Below are positions 11,846 to 24,250 of a stretch of DNA of 64,000 nucleotides, one piece after another. The notes beneath the pieces are model-generated. The model worked only from the letters and a program-made list of their open reading frames with translations, was not told the origin of the DNA and ran no database searches. Every line of letters begins with the position of its first letter. Position 1 is the first letter of the stretch. The translations under genes were made by a program, and so were the position numbers. Source of the stretch: Hyaloraphidium curvatum SAG 235-1 (Eukaryota; Fungi; Monoblepharomycota). The stretch lies in assembly GCA_025558095.1 (NCBI GenBank), contig JAIVFI010000030.1, forward strand, positions 1 to 64,000, written 5' to 3'.

Positions 11846-12323
11846 GGCGCGCTCGTTGGGGTTGCCGGGGACGGTTGAGTTGATTGGTGTCACCAGCCCG
11901 GGTTGCCTTGGGGGGGCGGAGCGCGGACGGTGACTCGGACACACCGAAGATGGGACCTTGGAAAGGCCGACTGCGCTCGGAAATGGAAGTAAACACGGCA
12001 TGGTTAGCGCACATGCGCAATCGGGCCCGGGATTCGCCGCTGCCGGACTGCCACCGCCCGGCAATCGGTGTCACCGAGGGATGCCGGTTCCGGTCCCCAG
12101 CGCGTCAGCTGGGTCACGGGACGATCGAGCGAACGACTGGTGTGGCACGCGTGCCACGGGCGATAGGATTGGGTGGGATGGGGCATCGGAGTGCGCGGCC
12201 GATCGACGTGTATAGTGTCTTCTTATTTCGATCGACCGCCGAAGCTTCGAAGTTGCGCCGCCGACGTCGGTCCTCCAAAGAATCCCCGGCCGGGTCCCTG
12301 CAGGACAACTGCCGGCTTCCGCG

Positions 12324-13300
12324 ATGGAGGACGTGCGCCTTCCCGCTGTTGGGCCGCCCGCAGCGGCGGCTCCCTGTGCCGACGAGGCCGCGTTCTCTGC
12401 GCTGCCGCCGACCATCGCGTCGGACGCCGACCGCCAGTCGCGGCGCCGCATCCTGCGGCTGCTGGACACGACCGACTTGGGGTAGACCCGCGGCACTTCG
12501 CGGCCGCCGACCCGCGGTATCCGCGCGCCGCCCCGCTCCCGCTGCCCGCCGCCGGCGACCGCCCGCTTTTCGGGAGGGACGCCGCGCCGCTCTCGCGCGC
12601 GCAGGCGGCCGCCGTGTTCGCAAAGGGCGGTCTGCGCCCGCTGGCCGCCGTCGCCCGCGCCATGCTCGCGCTGGCGGCCGCCGAGGCGCGCGTCGGCACC
12701 GTGGCCGCCGGCTTCGCCCTCGCGCTGCTGTCGGCCGTCCCGCTGCTGGCCGCCGTCGGCCTCGCCCGCCCCCCCGGCGAGCCCGCGGGCCCCTTCGCCG
12801 CCGCTTGCGCTGGCATCCTGCTGTGCGCCGCCGTCACCTACGCGCCGTGGATCGCCGTGCACCACCGCGTGATCGCTGCGCCCGGCTTCCCGTCGCCCGC
12901 AGACCCTGACCTCGTCGATCACCCGTTGTCGACGTTGGCGTGGTACTGGGTGCGCACCGACAACGGGCACCCGGGGCCGGCGTCGTTCTTCGAGCACAGG
13001 CCTGACGCAGGCGACCTGGCCCCGCTCGAGCCGCTCTACGGCCGGGTCGGCGACAAGCAAGGGGATGCTGCAGACCTCGAATCCGGCCCATCGGGCGGCG
13101 GCGGTGCCGCTGCGGGCTTCCGGCGCTCTGCCTCGTGCCCCTGCCCGGACTGCATCGGATTCTTTTCCGCGGGCGGCCGGCCCATCATCTGGCGCATGCT
13201 GCTACAGCACTGCGTCCTCCTCCCCGGCATCCTGACCGCCGCCGTCGTCACCTCCTTCTGGAGCCTCGTGGGTCGGAAAAGGGCTGAGCGCGGGACAGCG
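12324..13300 (+). pseudogene. Broken or truncated member of the local multi-TM 'CPCxxC' family
   Basis: ATG 12324 stops at 12483-12485 while the coding signal continues in another frame (VDPRHF...). Two TMs, SCPCPDC, one more TM, then no C-terminal TMs. Confidence 0.5.
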
Positions 13301-13720
13301 ATATGTCGCGGGGAGGGTAGGGGGGTGTTTCGAAGGCGGCGGCCAGGAAACGAGAGCCGCTCCGTGCCGTCGAGGCACCGGACGGCGGGCCGTATTAACG
13401 CGAGCTCGGTCGACGCGTGGGGTGCAGAGCAATCGGGCTGTTTCCTCTGTTGCACCGGGTCCCTAGGTACATGTCGGGGTCTTCATTGAGAATGCTGCCG
13501 AGCATCACCAACCGCCCCCGTCCTCGAGCAAAACATGGCCTCCAGCACTTGGAAGCCGCTCGTCCGACGAGGAAAAGCACGGAACCGGGGATCAATGGGT
13601 GCTGCCTACAAGCGAGCGGGCTTCCGGGTCCCGCGCACATAGTTGGAAGGGCGCTCGGAGCAGGTGCGGGTTGCCAGCGGTACCGAGCGCCCCCGCAACA
13701 ACGGACCATCCGCGGCTACG

Positions 13721-14567
13721 TCACCCCTGCGGGCGATACGCCGACCTCGGTGGCTCCCCTAGCGGGGCTGTCTCCGGCGGCCGCTGTCCTCCCGGCGCGG
13801 GCTGCCCCGCCGTCGCGCCCGGGGGCAAGTTCTGCGCCGTCCCCGGCCGCCCCTGCGCCTGCAATCCATGCCCCGGCTGCCCGGTAGCGCCGTACGGACC
13901 GCCGGATGGGTACCACGGCGGCGGCGCCATGGCCCAGGGAGGCGGCAGCGTCGGCGGCGGCCTCGGGGGGCCTTGCCACAGGGGCGGTCCGGGCGGTTGG
14001 TAGCCCTGCGGGCCCCAGGGCGCCGGGCCGCGGGGCTGCTGGGCGGCGGGAGGTTGCTGGGCGGGCGGGTACCAGGGTTGCTGCTGCCAGGGCTGCTGCT
14101 GCGGGTGTGGCGGCGGCCAAGCGAGGTCCGGGAGGAAGGGGTACCGCGCCGGCGGCGGCGGGGCCTGCGGGGGCTGCCACGGGGGCCAGCCGGCGGGCCG
14201 ATCGTCCGGCGGGCCGAGGGAGGGCGGAATGGGCTGCTGCCGGGGCGGGCGGGCGGCGTGGGTGTTGGCCGTCGCCGCCTCCGTCCCCGGCGTCCCCGGT
14301 GCCGGGGCGGCCGCCGGCGCCTCGGGCTGCGGCACGCACGGTATGCCCAGCCGTTCGCAGCGCGTGCACATGTCGCCGCCGCGCTTCAGGTCACATTTCC
14401 GCTTGTTGGCTCTGCACTCAGTGCTGGGAACACGGGCGGTTATAGTCGCCCCGGGGAGGAGCAGGCAGTCCGCCTCACCACACGCGCCGGGGGAGCTGCC
14501 GCCTCCTCTGCGCCCTGGCTGGCCCGCCTCGTCCGCCGGCGCCCGGCCCGGCCTCCTCCGCCTCCAT
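13721..14567 (-). CDS. Zn(II)2Cys6 transcription factor with a Pro/Gln-rich tail
   Basis: Intron 14478-14424 reconstitutes CTECRANKRKCDLKRGGDMCTRCERLGIPC, followed by a P/Q/W-rich region. Confidence 0.85.
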
Positions 14568-15508
14568 TCGCGCCGCGACGCAACACCACCGCCGGCGGAT
14601 GTTAAAGACTGGGATGGGCTGGTGATCGGGAAACCTTAGAACCACTGGCCCCCGCCTCGCCGGCCAGGCCCCGGGATGGCATGCACGGGCGGATGTGCGA
14701 CGGACTTCGGGAATGTCGCCTGCGAGGTGCCGGTCCGGGATGGCAGCTTCCCTTCGCGCTGTCGCAACCGGGAGCCGGGGGCTCGGGACCCTGGCCCAGG
14801 CGCCACGGCTGCAGTCGCCAACGGCATCGGCCACCACCCGCGCGCCAACCCCGCATCTCCGAGCATCCACGCCGCCGACTCGCAGCGATGTAATCCCCAG
14901 GCACCTCCCGGGCCGGGCTTGACCGCTGCCGCGGGAGCCATTGCCTGGGGCGTCCCGTGCGCGGTCCCCGCAATCCTCCCTCCGTTCCGCCGCTCCCTGC
15001 CAAGGCTCCCCATCCCGTGCCCCGCTCCTGCGGACGGAGCCGGCCGCCTCGAGACGCTGAGGAGGTTCGTCTCCAGGCGGGGACGGGTCCGGAGCGCGGG
15101 GCGGAGGCGGTTCGGAGGCGGGCTCGCTGTTTCGCCGCCGACGCTCGGCCATTTTTTTCTTCGGCCCCCGAAGAGCCCGTGCGGGCGACGCGGAGCCCCC
15201 GTCCGCACCCGGAAGCGGCGGAATTGGCGACGCCTTGCCGCGATCTAGACGCGCCGCACGGCCCGGGTCCCGGGGGTGCGTGCGATCTCGGGCGGCGGGC
15301 GGGGATCCGGCACCGCCCCGACGGCTGCCGCGCGGGCTCGACGCCGGTCGTTCGGAAGCAGGGGACCGGAAATCCGGGCCGCGCAAGGGAATCGGACCCA
15401 TCTTATCATTCCGAACGCGCGGACCGCCGCTACACGGCCTAATCCAACTGCTTGCCTCCCGACGCCCGCCCCGTGCCCGAGCAACATCCGCCTCCCCCGA
15501 TGGTTCGA

Positions 15509-16952
15509 TCACGCTGCCTCGACGCCCGCAACATCCGCGACAGAGACGGCGGTGGCACCCAGCTCGGCCTGTTTCCGGAGCTTGCGCCGCTTGTAAAGCA
15601 CCATGCCCGCCCAGCCCAGCAGCACCGCGCCCCAGTAGCCAAAGTACGCCGACACCGTGGCGACCTACGTCCAGAGGCGGAGACCATCAACATTCGGTCC
15701 GGAGAGGAGCGTGGTGCGGTTGTGCCACGTACCGTCGCGGAGCATCGCCACCCCACCAGCGCGTACGAGATCTGGAAGAAGGGCTGCGTCTTGTGGCTGC
15801 AGCATCCGCACACGTTCCACAGCTCCGGGGTCTCGGAGACGCCGTACTGCGGGTTCTGTGACGGGCGGGGAGCGGGTGAGCTGATGCGACGCGGGGATCA
15901 CTTGGCGGGCGGGCATTACCTGCGCAAAGTAGTAATCCTCGAGCTCGTGCGCGGCGCCCGCCGCCAGCCCCGCCGAGATCAGGAACAGGAAGAAGGCCGA
16001 GAGCTTGAAGAAGAGGTTCAGGTTGAACCTCCCCGCGCCGTAGAAGATGACAACCCCGATGAACAGGCCGATGATGAGCCCGACGATCCCCCCGACGACG
16101 AGGCCAACGGGCTGCCCGCCGCCGACGCCAGCGACAAAGACCACGGATTCCAGGCCCTCGCGGACGATGACCGTGAGTGCTATGAGGAATAGGGCCGAGG
16201 GTTTGGCGCCGAAGCCCTCCTTGAAGTCGGGGACGTTCTCCGGCGGCGGAGGGGGGTGGGTGAAGGCGGTCCAGCCGGGGATGGGGTCGTGGTGGGCAGG
16301 GGTCTCGGTCTGCGAGGCGGGATCGAGGCCGATCTTGGCCTCGGGGTCGGACTTGGCATCCGGGTTCTCCTTGACGTCCGTGCTGTCGAACTCGGCGGTG
16401 ACGACAGGCGCGGCCGGGAGGGTGCCGGCGGTGGCCGTCTTGCCGAGCTCCTTTTCCTCGGCCTTCTTGATCCTGGGACGGGGCGGATCAGCGGCGGGCG
16501 GGGAAGGTATGTGCGCCCCGCCCACTTCTTGTGCAGCTTCTTCTCGATGTAGTCGTAGAAGTTGTCGGCGCGGAGCATAGAGAAACCCATCCAGGTGAGG
16601 AAAATGACCGCGAGGGCCTTCAGCAGCCCTTCCCACAGCGCCTGTCCCGGTGATCACCCGTCAGTTGTCTGGATCCCGGGCCGGGCCGGCGGCGGCGACC
16701 CACCGCCCAGCCGTCAAACACGTCCTGCTGCAGCGTGTAAAAGACAACGGTGATGGCCACGCCAATCACGATGGCGATGGCCAGCCCGGCGGCGGCGCCC
16801 CACCACACCGCCTTCCGCAGTTTGCGCTGCTGCGCGGGGTCGTGGTGCACCGTCTTCTTCACGTAGTTGAGGAGCACGCCCACGACCAGCGCGGCCTCGA
16901 GGGCCTCGCGGAGGAGGATGAACATCGCCCCGACGTTGAAGTACTGCGACAT
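15509..16952 (-). CDS. FTR1: High-affinity iron permease, FTR1 family (multi-exon)
   Basis: MSQYFNVGAMFILLREALEAA and VREGLESVVF (two REXXE motifs), AAHELE, LVGWRCSAT; last exon ends ...GVEAA* at 15509. Confidence 0.93.
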
Positions 16953-18006
16953 CGCGGCGGCTGCGGGGGCGGGCGGGGTGAGCGGTGCGGAGACGCAGGG
17001 GAACACGGAGGGCGACGTGCCTGTCGCTGCTTCGCGTCGGATTCGCGGGCGGGACGGCTCGACGTGGAGCGCGCTCGATGTGTTTTGTTCGCGGTCGGAA
17101 GCCAGCGGCGGGTGCGCAAAGATTCCGAGTGGCAAAAGTGGCTGGGGAACCTGCGAACCCAACGCAACGGCGCAGTCCAGCGTCCCGCGCAAGGCCGCCC
17201 GCCATCCGCCGTCCCGAGGATCCGAAGGGAGTTGCCGAGCGGCGCTGATTCGTGCGGGGCCGGAAGGTGCGGAGGGTTCGTGCGGGATGATGGGGGGATC
17301 TGGCTTCCGAAGGTTCCGAGCCTGACAATCCTGACGTGGGCTAACTGCCTGTGCACATCACCCCTCCAGCGGCACCCTGCGATCAAGGCAGAGTGATAGG
17401 GAGCTCCGAGTAATGCCTGATGGACGGTTTGGAGGGATTCGCTTCCCGGTCGAGTACGGGGCGGCCGTTACTGCCGTCCGTCGTCCCCAAGCTGGGGAGG
17501 CGGCTAAGCCTTGAACAGGCCTCCGATCGCGCACATTCGTCTTTATCCTAATCAATCTCCTTGCACATGTCTACTGCGCCATCCGAAGACTGTTCCCGCG
17601 GCCGATGGTGGCTCCCGAGAGCGATCACGGCTATCTTCTCACTTTCTCCAAGGCGCGGCCGAGCAGGCACGCAATGGTCGTTAGTCGGATCAGCCCGATC
17701 GACCTTCCGGCATACCCATAATGTGAATTGGACTTGCCTCCGACCTCCCGTCCGGCTCTTTGTCGTTGTTCCAAGGAAGGCGGGAAAACGTGCGTCCGCC
17801 TCACTCGCCTCCCGCCGCCGGACTGCCAACCACCCTGCCCCATCCCCCGGCCCGGACTCGGGGCCGTTGTCTGCCCGGAGCGCCTCCGTCTCGCGCGCAT
17901 TCTCCTCCGTCCCCGGGTGGCCACTTCCCCGACGCCCGTCCCCCGCGGCCGTCCCGCCCCGCCCCCCCGCCTGCACGACACCGCATCGCTCTCCCCCGCC
18001 GCCCAA

Positions 18007-19661
18007 ATGCCCCCCCCCAAGCGCGTGGACGTGCTCGTGATCGGCGCCGGCCTTTCGGGCGTCTGCATGGGCTACTACCTGAAGACCAAGCTGCCGGGCA
18101 AAACCTTCGTGATCCTCGAGGGGAGGGAGGAGATGGGCGGAACCTGGAGCCTGTTCAAGTACCCCGGGATCCGGAGCGACAGCGACATGCTGACCCTGGG
18201 GTTCTCGTTCAAGCCGTGGCGGGGCGGCAAGACGCTGGCGTGGGTGTTTAACGGCGCCGGACGGCAGCCCGGTCGCTGATCCCGCCTCCGGCTCCCAGCG
18301 ACGGCCCCTCGATCCTCTCCTACATCAAGGAGACCGCCGCCGAGTTCGGCATCGAGGAACACATCCGGTACGGCTCCAAGGTCACCTCCATGTCGTGGAA
18401 CTCCTCGGCCGCGGCGTGGACCGTACGGACGGACGGCAAGGGCACCTTCGAGACGCCCTTTGTATTTTCCGCCGCGGGGTACTACGATTACGACAAGGGC
18501 TACCTCCCCCCGGAGTGGGACCTGTCGTCCTTCAAGGGCAAAGTCATCCACCCTCAGTTCTGGCCCACGGACTTTGACCACTCGGGCAAGCGGATCACGG
18601 TCATCGGCTCGGGCGCAACGGCGGTCACCCTCGTCCCCGCGCTGGCCGAGACGGCCTCGCATGTGACGATGCTGCAGCGCTCGCCGACCTACGTCGTCTC
18701 GGCGCCGCAGAAGGACCCGTGGGCCGAGTTCCTGACCAAGTGGCTGCCTGGCTGGCTCTCGTACCGCATCGTGCGGTGGAGGCGCATCCTGTTCGGGATG
18801 TACTTCTACAACCTCGCCATGCGGTACCCGAAGCAGGTGGCCGACTTTATCCTCAACGCGGTCAGGGACGCGCTCGGCCCCAGCTACGACGTGGCCAAGC
18901 ACTTCACCCCGCGGTACAACCCGTGGCAGCAGCGCATGTGCCTGATCCCGGACGGCGACATGTTCGAGGCCATCAAGGCGGGCAAGGCGTCGGTGGTCAC
19001 GGACACGATCGAAGCGTTCGTGCCCGAGGGGATCAGGCTGGCGTCGGGCGAGACCCTGGCGTCGGACGTGATCGTCACGGCGACAGGGTTGAGGATGAAC
19101 CAGATGGGAGCGTACAAGGTCGATGTTGACGGCAGGACGGTCAGGCCGGGCGACACGCTCATATACAAGGGGTGGGTGGCGATTGGGGACCGATGGTTTC
19201 GCTAAAACTCATCTGAGCTCGTCGTCACTTCCCACAGAATGATGCTCTCCAACGTGCCCAACCTCGCCTTCGCCGTGGGCTACACCAACGCCTCCTGGAC
19301 CCTCAAGTGCGAGCTCTCGTGCGGCCACGCCGTGCGCCTCCTGCGCCACATGGACTCGAACGGCTACTCCACCGTCGTGCCCGTCCCCGGGGAGGACGTC
19401 GAGCCGCAGGACACCTTTGCAAACTTCACGTCGGGCTACGTGCAGCGCGCCATGAAGGACATGCCCAAGTCGGGGCAGCGGCCGCCCTGGTGGGTGCAGA
19501 AAGTCGTTGTTGGAGATCTTCCTCTGACCATGATCCCGTCTCGGTGCTTCAGGAGGAACTACCAGAACTACCTCTACGACATGGTGATGCTCGAGTGGAC
19601 CGGGGTGGCCAACGCCGCGCTGCGATTCTACAAGAAGGGCGAGGTCTCGGTCTCGGTCTGA
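18007..19661 (+). CDS. Flavin-dependent Baeyer-Villiger monooxygenase, EthA-like
   Basis: [25 protein letters not shown] motif [35 protein letters not shown]; three short introns. Confidence 0.92.
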
Positions 19662-19962
19662 GGCGCGGTTCCGGGATTGCTTATGGCAGCGGGGAGTTCT
19701 TCGGGAAGGGGAGGCCGCCGGGTTGAGGCAGGCGGGGATCTCTGACTGGACTTTGGCGGGGAGGAGTCGGGCCGTTTACCGGAGGGACCAGGGCAAGCCG
19801 AACATGTATCTGATTATTGCTTCATTCGATTAGTATCGTCTTCAATGTTTCCGGGTCGCCGATCGAGGACTTGTCCGCGGATCGGCAAAGGGATGTTGCG
19901 CCAGGCGTCCTTTCCATAGGTGGTTTCCCGCCCGCCTGTGCGCCTCCAACACCAACCCCGCG

Positions 19963-20784
19963 ATGTCCCGCGCCCCAGCCCCTCCCCTCCGCGAGCTCAC
20001 CATTCCGCCCCCCGAGCCTGGGTTTCTCCACGGGGAACCGCGGCCCGGCGACTTCCCGACGCTCCCCGCCGCCCCCTACCCGTCCCCACCCGCCGACGAC
20101 CCTCCCCTCCCCCCCTCCCCCACCCTCTCCGCCGCCCTCCCTACCCGCTCCCCTTCGCCTCCTCCACCCGAACCCCCGCGTGTCCTCACGATGGCGCTGC
20201 GCCCCGCGGATGCCCGTTCGGCCGTTTTCGTTTCCGCGATCGAGGCGCTCCTCCGCTCGGGGAACGCGCCGCTGTTCCCCAAACGCATAGCCGAGCTGAT
20301 CGGGGAGTACGGACTGCTGGACATGGGGTGCGGTTTGCCTTGCCGGTGCCGCCGAGGTGCTCCTTACGGTTCTCCCGATCCGGGGGCGCCAGGGGGAAGA
20401 CCCCGCAGAACACCGTCTCGTGCAGGATCACCTCGCACCTCAAGCGGTGCAAGCGAGACAAAACGCTGCCGGTCATTGGGCGGTGGGAGCCGGAGAACAG
20501 GGTGAAGGGGAGGAAGTGGGTCTCGCGCAGTCTGTCGCGGGTGATGGGCTGATCCGGTGTGCAGGAGGGGCTGGAAGTACTACGTGATCCATGGGGAGGT
20601 GCCGATCGGGACGGAGGAGGGTGAGGAGGGGTGGAGGGTTGAGATGGGTCGGGATCGCGGCGCGGAGCGAGGCGCCGACTCATCGGTCTGCCGGCCAGTT
20701 TGTGACGGAGAACTGAGCGAGCGCAAAGGATCGGCGTCGATCGCATGGGCAATTAACACTCGAATCAATGTACGATACCGCTGA
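19963..20784 (+). CDS. HARE-HTH (ASXL/HB1-type winged helix) domain protein
   Basis: Spliced AIEALLRSGNAPLFPKRIAELI...G|GKTPQNTVSCRITSHL matches the GKTP-x-T-x-S signature. Start may instead be 20191; 3' end uncertain. Confidence 0.6.
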
Positions 20785-20873
20785 CAGCACGGGGGAACGA
20801 CAAGAGCACACACGCAACGAGGGCAGTCTCGGCCACGGTCCAGCAGGATTGGACGCGCGCCGAGGAACGCAAC

Positions 20874-21650
20874 TCAAGGGGGAGGAAACCGGCCGTCTCC
20901 CGACTCTCCCTGATCCTCCGCCGGGTCCGTGGTCGGACTCATGATGATCGACGACGGAGACGACGCCCGGGAGGACGCCCCGTCGGCCGACACCCGCGGG
21001 ACCGGGATGGAAAGCTGGCTCCTGTTCCCGGCCTCCGTCCCCGCTGCAAAGCCCACGGTCAGCACCGCATCCCAGGCTCCGCATCGAGCGTCCCACCGTC
21101 GACCCGCACGGTCCGTTTCCTCGCGAACGCGGCGCCGCCCCTCCGCGTGCTGTGCCGTCTGATCGCGCCCGAGAGATCCGGCACCGCCGCCGGCACGGCG
21201 TCCCCGGCCAACCACGGGTGCTTGAGAGCCTCCTTCGCGGTGATCCGCACCCGGGAGTCCGGCAGGAGGGGGTTGCGCCGCACCTGGAGGACGAGGCACG
21301 AGGAGACAAAATCCTTGGCGGAGGACGAGACGGCTGCCCAGGGGTCCTCGGGGAACTCGAAGTCGGCGGCGCGGATCAGCGCGAAGAGCTCCGGCTGGGA
21401 CGGGGCGGAGAAGGGCATGCAGCCCGAGAGCATTGCGTCTGGCCGCCAGGGCGACGCGTCAGCGGCGTCTCTCCGGCGTGCTTCGCGACCGGAGAGCCCA
21501 CAGATTACGCACCCGGCGGACCACACGTCCACCTCGACGCCGTGCCCCTCCCTCGCGAGGATCTCGGGGGCGCAGTACGAGGGGGTGCCGCAGACGGTCT
21601 CGAGGAAGCGGGAGGTGCCGACGATGCGGGAGAAGCCAAAGGAGTCTGGG
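20874..21650 (-). pseudogene. C-lobe-only fragment of a CAMK-type Ser/Thr kinase
   Basis: (D)SFGFSR...TVCGTPSYCAPE...DVWSAGCVI...YAMLSGCMPF...WAAVSSSAKDFV...RITAKEALKHPW. No Gly-loop, VAIK or HRD upstream; another gene ends at 21823. Confidence 0.7.
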
Positions 21651-21822
21651 CCGCGGTGTACGCGAAGATGGACTCCGCGCGTGCGATCCATGAGTCGCCA
21701 CATCACCCACTCTAGCACCTGGATACCATATGTCCCTCGATGGCGTATAACTCCCAAATAGAAAAGTGCTAGTCCGTGACTCCTCCCGCTCCAAGTCCGA
21801 TCCGCCCCGGAAGAGATCCGAC

Positions 21823-22804
21823 CTAGGCCGCCGCCTTGATGAACTCCAGCAGATGCTTCAGATGCTCCTCCCCCACCGACTCCGAAAAATCGTGCGACAT
21901 CCCCGGCACCACCACGAGCTTGGCCCCCGGCACCGCGGCCGCCGTGTCTTTCCCCCCCTCGACCCTCACCAGCGGGTCGTCCGCCCCGTGCAGCACCAAG
22001 AACGGCATCCCGACCCCGGCCAGCGCGGCGTTGCGCGGCGGGGAGGCCATGATGGCGGCCATCTGCCTGCTGTCCGCCTCGACGTCCTTGCCCGCGTGGT
22101 CGAGCACCCTCTCCGCGCGCGCGCGCATCTCGCCGTCGGTTTCGGGGAACCCGGGGGACTTTAGGGCGCGCCAGGTGGCCAGCATCGCCGCGAGCACGTC
22201 CGCCCGCGAGTCGGACGCGGGCGGGGCCATGAGCACGCCCATGACGGCGGGGTCGGCGGGGGGGAGCGAGGGGTTGCCGGTGGTGCTCATGATGGAGGTG
22301 GTCGAGAGGCACTTTTCGGGGTGGTTGATGGCGACGAGCTGGGCGATCATGCCTCCTGCCAGTGCGGTGGGAGACAGCCCGACAAAGGGGGGGCCAGAAA
22401 TGAGCGAACATGCGGACATCGGATGCCGCGGGGCGCGACGCACCCATGCTGGCGCCCACGATGTGCGCCTTTTCGATGCCGAGCGCCGCCAGCAGCTCCG
22501 CCGCGTCCTTCGCCATCTCGTCCAGCGGGTACGCGACCTCGGGCACCTTCCCCCCGGCCAGCGCCGCGCCCACCGCCGCCAGATCCGCCGGCCCCTTGTC
22601 TTTCAGCACGGTCGACCTGCCCGAGTCGCGGTTGTCGTACCGCACCACGCGGAACCCGGCGTCGGCCAGCCCGCGGACCGTCGACGCGGGCCACATCGGC
22701 ACGCCGGGGACGGCGAACCCCATGATGAGCAGCACGGGGGGGCCGTCCGCGGGGCCGTCGACGGCGTACTCGAGCTCGATGCCGTTGGCTTTGGCGCGGG
22801 GCAT
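21823..22804 (-). CDS. Alpha/beta hydrolase, bacterial RdmC/proline-iminopeptidase-like esterase
   Basis: ANGIELEY, LLIMG, RYDNRDSGRS, GASMG|GMIAQ nucleophile split by an intron, LHGADDPLV, GMSHD. Confidence 0.9.
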
Positions 22805-22998
22805 TAGGAGGGCACGGAGGGGAATCGGCCGATGGGGCAAGCCCTTGGATGTCACGCCGAACGTGGCCCAAGGTGCAAGTGCGAGGGAATAGAGGAGCGG
22901 ATTGGATTGGGTGCGAGATTCTGGTCGATTCGGAAGCGGATTCCACTTTCTTTTACGCGGTCGCCGCGCTCCGAAAACGCTGACTCACCACCGCCGGC

Positions 22999-23836
22999 AT
23001 GGCCCGCCCCGAGGACGCGCTCGCCCGCGGGGTGCCGCTGGACGGCGAGGATCCCGGCATGCGTTGGTGGACGCTCGAGGATGCGAGGAGGGGAGCTGAC
23101 GGAATCGGCAGGCGCCGCGGGCGTCCGGGCGCCGGTGCCCGCGGGCGCCTCGGGGACGCCCCCCAGCGCGTCGTCGCCCGGTTCGAAGAACGCGGAACTG
23201 CTCGACAAGATATGGGCAAAGGCATGTGCGCCGTAGGTCGCCCAACGAGCGCCTGCCTCACGCGCGTTTCCAGCTCTCGTTTCCGCGCCTCCCCGACTCG
23301 CCGTCCCTCTTCGGCGTCGAAACCGCCCGCCTCCCGGGCCTGGGAGGCGCCATGGACGCCGCGGACGCCGCGGACTGGTACCACCGGATCTACGGGGCCG
23401 CGGAGGCGGGGGAGGTGGCGGACATCGGGGTCGTGGGCTTCCTCCGCCGACTCGCTGCAGGTCGGTCGACGGCTGACGGATCGATTGATGGCAGGGCGCG
23501 ATCCCGCTCGACGGGCTGGCGGGGGCCGCGGGGATGAGGGCGGTCAAGGAGGCCCCGGCGGGGGAGACGGAGGCGGGGTCGACGGAGGCGCTGCGGGGGG
23601 CGGTGGCGCGGGCCGTGGACGAGGCGTGCGCGCTCATGGACGGGTTGGATCTGGCGGTATGGGCACTGATGCCGTTGACTGCGGGAGAAGCTCATGAGCC
23701 GCGACAGGTCAACGTGCAGGGCATTGACGGCGACGTGAGGGAGAGGGCGGCCGAGGCGGCGGCGTGGACGGCCGTGGGACTGCTGAGGGGCAGGCGCGGA
23801 TGGGAGGTGGGAAGCAAGAGCATCCAAGAGACCTAG
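22999..23836 (+). CDS. Hypothetical spliced gene or relic
   Basis: GC3-rich coding-like segments with intron-like interruptions; no recognisable domain, exon structure unresolved. Confidence 0.3.
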
Positions 23837-24250
23837 ATTTGCCCTCGCATTGCCGACACATCTAACATGGCACGGCGCCCAGGGAACACGGCATCGTCGC
23901 ACGTCACTACATTCGGGTCCGCGACGGCCGACAATCGTGCACATGTCCTTCGGGGGATCGTCCAGGACAAGCTCATTTTCGCGATCCTGGCAACCCGTCA
24001 GGCAGAACAGCTCCTGGGTCGCGACCGGATGGCTGCGATGACGTCGCGGCCGCGCAGTTCGCCAGCGAGCCTTCGTTCTTGCGCGCAGAATTGCGCAGCC
24101 CCGGTGAACAGCAGGCGAGCCGCCGAGGTAGAGGACGCCCTCCTCGGTGGAGCTGAACGCGTCGAACGGTGTTGCCCAGTCCCTTGCCTCCCTTTGCTTG
24201 TTGACCCCGACGCGTGTCTCCCGCCCCGCTCTCGCAGCACTGCCTCGAAT

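Noticed and set aside
21059-22855. Apparent hydrolase-kinase fusion ORF (598 aa)
   Set aside because: Artefact of reading through the hydrolase intron into another frame; the spliced hydrolase stops at 21823.
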